NCBI GenBank assembly: GCA_964577645.1
Contig: CAZOAP010000002.1
Coordinates: 1 to 43,379 of the forward strand
Source: an uncultured Ignavibacteriales bacterium
GTDB lineage: Bacteria > Bacteroidota > Ignavibacteria > Tepidaquicellales > OLB5
Length of the DNA stretch: 43,379 bases
Direction of reading: 5' to 3'
A program made the translations under genes and the position numbers. The notes beneath the pieces were generated by a model. That model was not told the origin of the DNA and made no database searches. It saw nothing but the letters and a program-made list of their open reading frames with translations. Positions 8,910-16,278 of the stretch are shown here, piece by piece (position 1 is the first letter of the stretch; every line of letters starts with the position of its first letter).

Positions 8910-9152
8910 TTAATGACGCCATTTTTCGACGGGATCGGCGTAATGCTCAATGTAACCGCAGTTTGCGCATTTATAGGGAGTGACCGGGTATTGCGGAGCG
9001 GAAGCTTTTGTACCCATGAAGCTTGTAATTTTATCTTTTTCACCCTCAACCCATACTACATAGTTATAGAATATGGGATGCTCGCTGTTACGTACATAAA
9101 AAAAACCTTTCTTCATTTCAGCCGAGCACTTTGGACATTGTTTTGATTCCAT
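8910..9152 (-). CDS. small zinc-ribbon protein
   Basis: 80 aa with CPKCSAEM ... CANCGYIE and an EKW tail. The layout is the same as ORF 3349..3609. Confidence 0.5.
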   Translation of the reverse strand: MESKQCPKCSAEMKKGFFYVRNSEHPIFYNYVVWVEGEKDKITSFMGTKASAPQYPVTPYKCANCGYIEHYADPVEKWRH

Positions 9153-9176
9153 ATTATTTTCTCCCTATAAATTAAT

Positions 9177-9953
9177 TTAAAATCTTCCGTATTTTTCTGC
9201 CAGGTATTCCTTCCATGTAATGCCCGATGTATCTTTTTCACTGCAGGTGTTGTAACCATTTATGAACGCATGCGCGCGTTTACCCGGCATTGGCAGGTTT
9301 ATGACCCACGCTTTTCTTTTTTTTGCAAGGAGCCAGTCCTTATACATTTCACCGAACGTCAGTATTTCGGGTCCGCCAATATTCACAGTATCATTTAATG
9401 CTTCATGCTGAGATATCTCGTACAGCTTCTGTGCAACGCTCTTTGGATCGATGGGTTGGAATTTAAATTTCTTTGGCAGTAATGCAATTGGGAATTTTAT
9501 GGAATTGCTCAAAAAGAAATCGATGAGCTTATGGAACTGTGTTGCGCGTAAAATTGTGTAAGGCAGGTTACCGGATATGACGAGGTTCTCGGAATGTAAT
9601 TTCTGCTCATAATACGGGTAGGGAATTCTGTCTATTCCCACAATTGACATATATATAAAATGCGAAACATTTATTTCACGGGAATATTTAAGGATATCGT
9701 TGGTAAGCTCAGGATCACTTTTTGAATATTTATCAGCGGCATTTGATGCCAGGTGAATCACAGTATCGATATCACGCGGCAGGCCATTAACACCTTCGCC
9801 CAGGTTGAAATCAGCTTTTACCCATTTAGCCGGGGGAGTTACATCAATTTCCCTGCGGGATACAGCAGTGAAGGGGATGTTGTGTGAAGCCATAACTTTG
9901 CATAGTGCTTTGCCTAGCGTGCCAGATGCGCCGGTTATGAGAATGTTTTTCAA
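9177..9953 (-). CDS. NAD(P)-binding Rossmann protein (atypical SDR / NmrA-like)
   Basis: 258 aa. The N-terminal MKNILITGASGTLGKAL is the TGxxGxxG dinucleotide-binding motif. Confidence 0.8.
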   Translation of the reverse strand: MKNILITGASGTLGKALCKVMASHNIPFTAVSRREIDVTPPAKWVKADFNLGEGVNGLPRDIDTVIHLASNAADKYSKSDPELTNDILKYSREINVSHFIYMSIVGIDRIPYPYYEQKLHSENLVISGNLPYTILRATQFHKLIDFFLSNSIKFPIALLPKKFKFQPIDPKSVAQKLYEISQHEALNDTVNIGGPEILTFGEMYKDWLLAKKRKAWVINLPMPGKRAHAFINGYNTCSEKDTSGITWKEYLAEKYGRF

Positions 9954-10037
9954 TTATACTTATTAGCTGCTTTAGGTTGAATGAAATGCATTAAACAATA
10001 GAACAATTAACAATGAAAAGTATACAATGGAAGTTTT

Positions 10038-10089
10038 TGGAGTGCATTGACTGTGTCAATGCATGCATCAACAAAGTTGATGCACTCCA
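10038..10089. repeat. two-hairpin structured element, copy A
   Basis: tggagtgca [ttgac tgt gtcaa] tgcatgca [tcaac aaa gttga] tgcactcca. A 9-bp outer stem encloses two hairpins. Copy B lies at 31743-31793. Confidence 0.75.
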
Positions 10090-10163
10090 TAAAAACAAAA
10101 CCAGTTTAATATTAATCAATAAAACGAGAAAAATGTACGGAACAATAAACAATAAATATTAAG

Positions 10164-10212
10164 TAACACACCCCGTCCGGCTGGTGCCGTCCACCCCTCT
10201 CAAGAGGGGAAT
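10164..10212. repeat. REP-like element (family aacacaccccg... ctcaagagggg)
   Basis: taacacaccccgtccggctggtgccgtccacccctctcaagaggggaat with the cccctc/gagggg hairpin. It lies just downstream of the prfA stop. Confidence 0.65.
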
Positions 10213-10218
10213 ATAATA

Positions 10219-11292
10219 CTATGTATTTTCTTCTGAGAGTTTTTCTGCTCTATCGGCAATTTTAAGCTTTTCGAAGAGCTCTGAAAGATCGCCTTCCATT
10301 ATCTGCGAAAGATTGTACATTGTGAGCCCGATGCGGTGATCGGTCAATCGGTTCTGGGGAAAGTTATATGTGCGTATCTTATCGCTTCTATCTCCTGAGC
10401 CGACCATGAGCTTGCGCTTTTGTGAAACAAGCTGGTTCTGCTTTTCAATTTCAGCCTCAAGCAGCCTTGAGCGCAGCACTTTCATTGCCTTCTGCTTGTT
10501 CTTCAGCTGGGAGCGTTCATCCTGGCACTGCACAACAACACCGGTGGGAATGTGCGTAATACGGATGGCTGTTTCAACTTTGTTAACATTCTGTCCCCCT
10601 GCGCCGCCGGAACGGAATACATCAATTTTCAGATCGTTGGTATTAATTTCAACATCAACTTCATCAGCTTCAGGCAGAACAGCAACTGAGGCGGCAGATG
10701 TGTGAACGCGACCCTGTGTTTCAGTTTCAGGTACGCGCTGTACACGGTGTACGCCGCTTTCATATTTTAATGTACCGTAAATATCTTTACCGGTTACGTT
10801 GAGTATTACTTCTTTTAATCCGCCCGGACCCGAGGATTCATTATACGTAACAATTTCCATTTTCCAGCCGATACGCTCAGCAAAGCGCGAGTACATCCTG
10901 TAAAGATCAGCCGCAAATAATGCGGCTTCATCACCGCCGGTACCTGCGCGAATTTCAAGCATAGCGTTCTTGGAGTCATTGGGATCTTTAGGCACAAGCA
11001 GCTCTTTTATATCTGCTTCTAGCTTATCGAACCTTTGCTGCAGTGATTCCTGTTCAGCCGCAGCAAGCTCCTTCATATCGGCATCATTTGTTTCATACAG
11101 AAGCTTTTTATTCTCTTCAAGCTCATGCTTTACCTTCATGTACTCTTCGTACGCGTTGACAATATCGGTTAAGTCACTGTATTCCTTAGATAGCCTGCGG
11201 AATTCCTTCTGGTCATTGACCGTTTCGGGCTTATTGAGCAGCTCGGCAATTTCGTTGTAGCGCTCTTTTACTTTTTCTAATTTATCGAACAT
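10219..11292 (-). CDS. prfA: peptide chain release factor 1
   Basis: 357 aa. Contains the GGQ motif (FRSGGAGGQNVNKVETAIRITHIPTG), an RF1-type P-x-T tripeptide context (RVQRVPETETQGRVHTSA), and RF1 length and layout. Confidence 0.95.
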   Translation of the reverse strand: MFDKLEKVKERYNEIAELLNKPETVNDQKEFRRLSKEYSDLTDIVNAYEEYMKVKHELEENKKLLYETNDADMKELAAAEQESLQQRFDKLEADIKELLVPKDPNDSKNAMLEIRAGTGGDEAALFAADLYRMYSRFAERIGWKMEIVTYNESSGPGGLKEVILNVTGKDIYGTLKYESGVHRVQRVPETETQGRVHTSAASVAVLPEADEVDVEINTNDLKIDVFRSGGAGGQNVNKVETAIRITHIPTGVVVQCQDERSQLKNKQKAMKVLRSRLLEAEIEKQNQLVSQKRKLMVGSGDRSDKIRTYNFPQNRLTDHRIGLTMYNLSQIMEGDLSELFEKLKIADRAEKLSEENT

Positions 11293-11352
11293 ACTTTTTT
11301 CTTTCTGATTGCAAAAATACCGTTAATTGAAGGGAGATTCAATTCAAATAAC

Positions 11353-11380
11353 AATGAGTAATGAGTAATGAGTAATTAGT
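11353..11380. repeat. heptamer tandem repeat (aatgagt)x3 plus aattagt
   Basis: Read directly: aatgagt aatgagt aatgagt aattagt. The same heptamer phase and motif recur at 28168-28202. Confidence 0.9.
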
Positions 11381-11642
11381 TATTTATCTGCCTTCGGCAG
11401 ATTTCGCTTTACTTCGTAAAGCTTAAAAGATATTCGTGCCACGAAATCAGTTTCTTTGTAATAAAACAGTAATAAGAATAAATAAATTATATTTTAAATT
11501 ATTTTAAGATCTATTCGTGGCACGAGAGGTTAAAATTATTTAGTGAGCTATTTATGGCATGAGTAGATGAAAATTATTTTTTTGTAAAAAAATTTCTGAA
11601 AAAAGTTTTTAAAAAATATTTTCATTTTTTTCTGTTTACCTA

Positions 11643-11672
11643 TTGACTATGAGTGTTAGAATGTTATATTTG
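11643..11672 (+). promoter_or_regulatory. candidate Bacteroidetes-type promoter (-33 TTG / -7 TAnnTTTG) for the ATP-grasp operon
   Basis: TTGact at 11643 is followed by 19 nt and then TATATTTG (11665-11672). This matches the FCB sigma-A consensus as I recall it. It lies about 135 nt upstream of the TTG start at 11808. Confidence 0.35.
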
Positions 11673-11807
11673 CAAAGAGTTTTTGATGGTGAAAACTGTA
11701 CCATAAAAAAATTTTTAAGCGAAGAAAGTTTTTGGAAGTATAGAAAACAGAATTAAAAAATTTTCTCATCAAAATAAAATTAAAAGTAAGGAAGAAGCCA
11801 AAATTTT

Positions 11808-12896
11808 TTGCGGGTAGGATTTACTTACAATATAAAAAAAGAGCACAGCTCAGATGAACAGGTTTCCGGAGGAAAGGGAGCCAAAGTTCAGAATGAAAGT
11901 TATGTTGACGAAAATCTGGTCAACAACTACTCTCACCGCTTAAGCGATGTTTATGCTGAGTGGGATGATGAAGAAACCATCTCCGCAGTTGAATCAGCAA
12001 TAAAAAAAGCGGGACATGAAGTTATCCGCATTGAAGCGGATGAAAATGCATATGAGAAGCTCCGCACAACAAGGCCTGATATTGTTTTCAATATGGCTGA
12101 AGGTTTTGGCGGCGCATCCAGGGAATCACACATTCCCGCAATGCTTGAAATGCTTAACATACCCTATACAGCAAGCGATCCCATAACAATTGGCAATTGC
12201 CACGATAAATCAAGGTGCAAGGAAATATTAACCTATTACGGTGTGCCGAATCCGGGCTTTTTTATAACAGATAGCCATGTAAACGGCCATCCGAAGGTAA
12301 AATATCCCGCATTTGTTAAACCCCTTCACGAAGGCTCATCAAAAGGTATATATAATAGTAGTGTGGTAAATAACCGTGAAGAGCTAAACAGGGAAATAAC
12401 AAGGATTAAGGAAAATTACGATCAACACTCTATAATAGAGGACTTCCTTGACGGGCAGGAGTTCACAGTAGCCTTGCTTGGAAATGGTGAAAATGTGCGT
12501 GTTTTGCCCATAGTTGGCATAAACTTAGATTGTTTGCCGGCGGATTTCCCCAAAATTTACTCATATGAGGTAAAATGGTTCTTTGATACCAGGGAAAACA
12601 AGCTTGATATATTTTCATGCCCCGCAAAGATAAGCGATAAGCTGACCCGCAGAATTGAAGAGATCTGCAAGCAGGCTTATCATGCATTGCGCATTAAGGA
12701 CTGGGCAAGGATGGATGTTAGATGTGACGCGAATAATGAGCCGTATATAATTGAAATTAATCCGCTGCCGGGAATACTGCCCAACCCGGATGATAATTCA
12801 TGCTTCCCCAAAGCTGCAAGGGAAGTTGGCATTGATTATGACGGGCTGATACAGACCGTGCTGAATGGGGCGATAGAGAGATATAATCTTAAGTGA
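11808..12896 (+). CDS. ATP-grasp ligase, D-alanine--D-alanine ligase-like family (paralog 1)
   Basis: 362 aa with a TTG start. The N-terminus MRVGFTYNIK..EWDDEETISAVESAIKKAGHEVIRI is typical of the Ddl-like 'MxIGxTYD' ATP-grasp family. The C-terminal ARMDVRCD..PYIIEINPLPG is the ATP-grasp Mg/ATP-binding block. Confidence 0.85.
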   Translation: MRVGFTYNIKKEHSSDEQVSGGKGAKVQNESYVDENLVNNYSHRLSDVYAEWDDEETISAVESAIKKAGHEVIRIEADENAYEKLRTTRPDIVFNMAEGFGGASRESHIPAMLEMLNIPYTASDPITIGNCHDKSRCKEILTYYGVPNPGFFITDSHVNGHPKVKYPAFVKPLHEGSSKGIYNSSVVNNREELNREITRIKENYDQHSIIEDFLDGQEFTVALLGNGENVRVLPIVGINLDCLPADFPKIYSYEVKWFFDTRENKLDIFSCPAKISDKLTRRIEEICKQAYHALRIKDWARMDVRCDANNEPYIIEINPLPGILPNPDDNSCFPKAAREVGIDYDGLIQTVLNGAIERYNLK

Positions 12897-12972
12897 AAAG
12901 GCATCCGTCAGAGCCGGATTTCAATCATGCTTTGCATGATTTCAAAAAGTAAAAAGGCAAAAAGAGATAAAG

Positions 12973-13077
12973 CAGATTACAGATTACAGATTACAGATTA
13001 CAAATAACAAATAACAAATAACAAAGAGCAAATAACAAATAACAAAGAGCAAATAACAAGTAGCAAAGAACATATAA
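12973..13077. repeat. heptamer-phased tandem array, 15 units (cagatta x4, then caaataa/caaagag variants)
   Basis: Read directly: 105 nt = 15 x 7 in unbroken phase, all units of form ca.a..a. It lies in the spacer between the two ATP-grasp genes and ends 59 nt before the 13136 start. Confidence 0.95.
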
Positions 13078-13135
13078 CGAAAAATAGATTAATTAATGAG
13101 ATTGCCGCGCTTCGCTCGCAATCCAGGATAAACGA

Positions 13136-14206
13136 TTGAGTAAAAAACTGAACATATCGATAATATTTAATGACCCGGTGCAGTATGCGCAGGGACCGGT
13201 GTACGAAGGCACGGATGTTGATATTGACGCGCTGCCTGATGCTATTGATATGAGCGAGTACGGTGTGCTTGATGAAGTTAAGAGTGTTGAAAGAGCTTTA
13301 GCTCCGTTAGAGCATAACACAAAGATAATTCCCGTAGCGCTTGATATAAACAAGCTTATAAAAGAGCTTAACGAGAACAGGCCTGATATTATTTTTAATC
13401 TTTGTGAAAGTGTTGACGGCGACCCGACGCAGGAAATGAACATTGCGGGATTATTTGAGCTTTTGAAAATTCCGTACACGGGTTCACGTGCGTTTACACT
13501 TGGGCTTGCATTAAATAAGCCGCTTGTTAAAACAATTCTTAACCAGAACGGGATACCAACGGCAAAACATTTTGTTACTAATACATCGGCTATACATCTC
13601 AACGGGCATAAGTTCCCCATGATAGTAAAGCCATCACGCGAGGATGCAAGCATAGGGATAACCAATGAATCAGTGGTAACAAATGAAGCTGACCTGAGGA
13701 AAAGAATTGAATACGTGCTGGATGAGCATAAACAGCCCGCACTGGTGGAAGAATACATTGAAGGCAGGGAAATAAATGTATCGGTGGTTGGTAACGATGA
13801 GCTCGTAACTTTCCCAATAAGCGAAATTGATTTCACAGGGCTGCCGGCTGACTATCCAAAAATTATCAGCTATAACAGCAAATGGATGTACAAGACGGTT
13901 GAGTTTGAAAACACAAAGGCAGTCTGCCCCGCGCAAAATTTGAGTGATAAAGAAGTACAGGTAATTCAGGATACAGCGAAGAAGGTTTACAAGCTGCTTG
14001 GTGCCGCTGATTACGCAAGGGTTGATATGAGATTAAAGGATGGAGTGCCGTATGTGCTTGAGCTGAACCCGAATCCTGATATTGCAAGCGATGTACCCGA
14101 AGATACAGGCTTTACACGCAGCGCAAAGGCGCACGGGTGGGAATACAGCTATTTGATTCAGCAGATCATTGGTTTTGCACTGAAAAGGTGGGGAGTAAAG
14201 CAGTAA
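13136..14206 (+). CDS. ATP-grasp ligase, D-alanine--D-alanine ligase-like family (paralog 2)
   Basis: 356 aa with a TTG start. The layout matches paralog 1 (..RPDIIFNLCESVDGD..IPYTGS..; ARVDMRLKDGVPYVLELNPNPD). Confidence 0.85.
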   Translation: MSKKLNISIIFNDPVQYAQGPVYEGTDVDIDALPDAIDMSEYGVLDEVKSVERALAPLEHNTKIIPVALDINKLIKELNENRPDIIFNLCESVDGDPTQEMNIAGLFELLKIPYTGSRAFTLGLALNKPLVKTILNQNGIPTAKHFVTNTSAIHLNGHKFPMIVKPSREDASIGITNESVVTNEADLRKRIEYVLDEHKQPALVEEYIEGREINVSVVGNDELVTFPISEIDFTGLPADYPKIISYNSKWMYKTVEFENTKAVCPAQNLSDKEVQVIQDTAKKVYKLLGAADYARVDMRLKDGVPYVLELNPNPDIASDVPEDTGFTRSAKAHGWEYSYLIQQIIGFALKRWGVKQ

Positions 14207-14262
14207 AAGGTTATAAGGTTGTAAAGTTATAAGGTTATAAGGTTATAAGGTTATAAGGTTGT
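14207..14262. repeat. octamer tandem repeat (aaggttat)x7 with variants
   Basis: aaggttat aaggttgt aaagttat aaggttat aaggttat aaggttat aaggttgt. It begins at the first base after the stop codon of the second ATP-grasp gene. Confidence 0.95.
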
Positions 14263-14320
14263 TTCAAAATATAAGTAGCATAGACATTCAGAAGAGCACT
14301 TCGTGACTTGTCTGTGAATA

Positions 14321-14815
14321 ATGAAAATGATACGGAAGTTAATACAGAGCGACAGGGATAAGATACAAAGGATACTTGCTGATACCAAGCATTTTAATGA
14401 TGATGAGATAAAAGTTGCTATGGAGCTGATTGATGTTTACCTGAACGATGCGAAGCAGACTGATTATATTATTTATGTTCATGAAACCGATGATACGCAC
14501 GAAACAGCAGGTTATATTTGCTATGGTAAAAGACCACTGACAGACTGGACATATGACTTATACTGGATAGCTGTTGACCCGAATATTCACGGAAAGGGTT
14601 TAGGCAGCGGGCTTGTAAGGCATATGGAAGAGGACCTGTTAACCAACGGCGGAAAAATTATACTGATAGAGACGAGCGGAAAGCCGGAATACGAAAACGA
14701 ACGGAAGTTCTATTTAAAGAACGGCTATGAAGTTCAGACTGTCATAAAAGATTTTTACAGAAGCGGTGACGACTTATATGTTTACCGCAAATATCTGGAG
14801 AGAAAGCCTCTTTAG
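14321..14815 (+). CDS. GNAT family N-acetyltransferase (single minimal domain)
   Basis: 164 aa. The block WIAVDPNIHGKGLGSGLVRHME is the acetyl-CoA-binding Q/R-x-x-G-x-G/A motif A. The length is typical of a stand-alone GNAT. Confidence 0.85.
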   Translation: MKMIRKLIQSDRDKIQRILADTKHFNDDEIKVAMELIDVYLNDAKQTDYIIYVHETDDTHETAGYICYGKRPLTDWTYDLYWIAVDPNIHGKGLGSGLVRHMEEDLLTNGGKIILIETSGKPEYENERKFYLKNGYEVQTVIKDFYRSGDDLYVYRKYLERKPL

Positions 14816-14916
14816 ATAAGGTAACCGGAAATTATAGTACGGTGCCCTGTGAAACCCGGTGCAATATTAAATATGGCAGCGGGAATCCAAAAAACAAATA
14901 AAGGAGTTAATATTTT

Positions 14917-16050
14917 ATGGAACTATGGCAGCAGCTGCTAAAACAAAGCGTCAGCTCAGTAGATCAGCTTGTCGATCAGTTCGGAATCAAAAGAGAAGTT
15001 GCCGAAAGACTGGATGATTTTTTCCAGGCGAGGATAAACCCGTACTACCTCAGCCTCATCCGCTATCCCGGCGATCCCATTTGGCTGCAGGCAGTACCCG
15101 ATGAAGTGGAGCTTTATGATATTGATGCACCTGAAGACCCGCTTAATGAGGATGAGATGAGCCCGGTTCCTAATATTACTCACCGTTACCCGGATAGAGC
15201 TTTATTTTTAACCACCAGCCAGTGCGGCCTGTACTGCAGGTTCTGCACACGCAAACGCAAGGTGGGTGACTCGAGCAAAATAAATATGCGCGAGCTTGAA
15301 GCCGCATTCAATTACCTGGAAGAGCACACAGAAATTAACGATGTGATACTCTCCGGCGGCGACCCGCTTATGCTGACCGATGCGATGCTTGAAAAAGTAC
15401 TCATAAGGCTGCGCCAGATACCGCATATATCCATAATAAGGCTTGGCACAAAAATGCCGTGCGTACTTCCGCAAAGGATTACGCCGCAATTGTGCGATAT
15501 GCTGAAGAAGTATCACCCGATTTATGTTAATACACACTTCAACCACCCGTGGGAAATTACACCCGAGAGCACAAAGGCATGCGAGATGCTTGTTAACGCC
15601 GGCGTGCCGGTAGGATGCCAGACAGTATTACTTAAAGGAGTGAATGATGACCCTGAAGTTATGAAAGAACTGATGAAAAAACTTTTGGCAATAAGGGTTA
15701 GACCGTATTACATATACCAGGCTGATCTGACCAAAGGCGCAAACCACTTCCGTACACCAATTGATGTAGGTTTGGAAATAATGGATAACCTGCGCGGGCA
15801 TATAAGCGGGCTTGCAGTGCCGCAGTTTGTTATTGATGCGCCGGGCGGCGGCGGAAAGATACCGCTGTTGCCTGATTACGTGCTTGCGCGTGATAAGGAA
15901 AAAATCATACTGCGTAACTTTAAGAACGAGGTTTATGAATACCCCGACGTGCAGGAAGAGCATATTGTGCTTAAGCGCGGAAGGAATATTGATAAGCCGC
16001 CGAAGAAAAAAGCTAAGAAGAAAACAGTACAGCTCCCGGTTCTGCAGTAA
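14917..16050 (+). CDS. kamA: KamA-family radical SAM aminomutase, predicted L-lysine 2,3-aminomutase
   Basis: 377 aa. Contains the radical-SAM cluster motif CGLYCRFCTRK, SGGDPL, YIYQADLTKGANHFRT and the PLP-lysine block VIDAPGGGGKIP. Has a Lys-rich C-terminal tail. Confidence 0.9.
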   Translation: MELWQQLLKQSVSSVDQLVDQFGIKREVAERLDDFFQARINPYYLSLIRYPGDPIWLQAVPDEVELYDIDAPEDPLNEDEMSPVPNITHRYPDRALFLTTSQCGLYCRFCTRKRKVGDSSKINMRELEAAFNYLEEHTEINDVILSGGDPLMLTDAMLEKVLIRLRQIPHISIIRLGTKMPCVLPQRITPQLCDMLKKYHPIYVNTHFNHPWEITPESTKACEMLVNAGVPVGCQTVLLKGVNDDPEVMKELMKKLLAIRVRPYYIYQADLTKGANHFRTPIDVGLEIMDNLRGHISGLAVPQFVIDAPGGGGKIPLLPDYVLARDKEKIILRNFKNEVYEYPDVQEEHIVLKRGRNIDKPPKKKAKKKTVQLPVLQ

Positions 16051-16078
16051 AAAAGGGAAGTTGTTAAAATTAAATCAG

Positions 16079-16105
16079 ATCCCCCGCTTTTAGGGGGATT
16101 TTTTA
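16079..16105 (+). terminator. Rho-independent terminator of the ATP-grasp/GNAT/kamA operon
   Basis: atccccc gctttta gggggat followed by tttttatttt, 29 nt after the kamA stop. Confidence 0.7.
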
Positions 16106-16278
16106 TTTTTAACCTGTTTCCCCGCCGTCGTTGGTCCTTTGACCAACGACATTATGTTCAGGATTTTGACGTTGGTGAGAACACTGCTAAAGCAGTCGCA
16201 GCCAACCTTGGCGTTAAATTGCTGTGCCTGTAAATTATTATAAAATTTTGCTATACTTATAAAAATTAATATAGTTAT

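Noticed and set aside
13093-13836. 247-aa minus-strand ORF
   Set aside because: It is fully antisense to the well-supported ATP-grasp gene 13136..14206. Its Ser/Leu-rich junk composition is typical of antisense frames.
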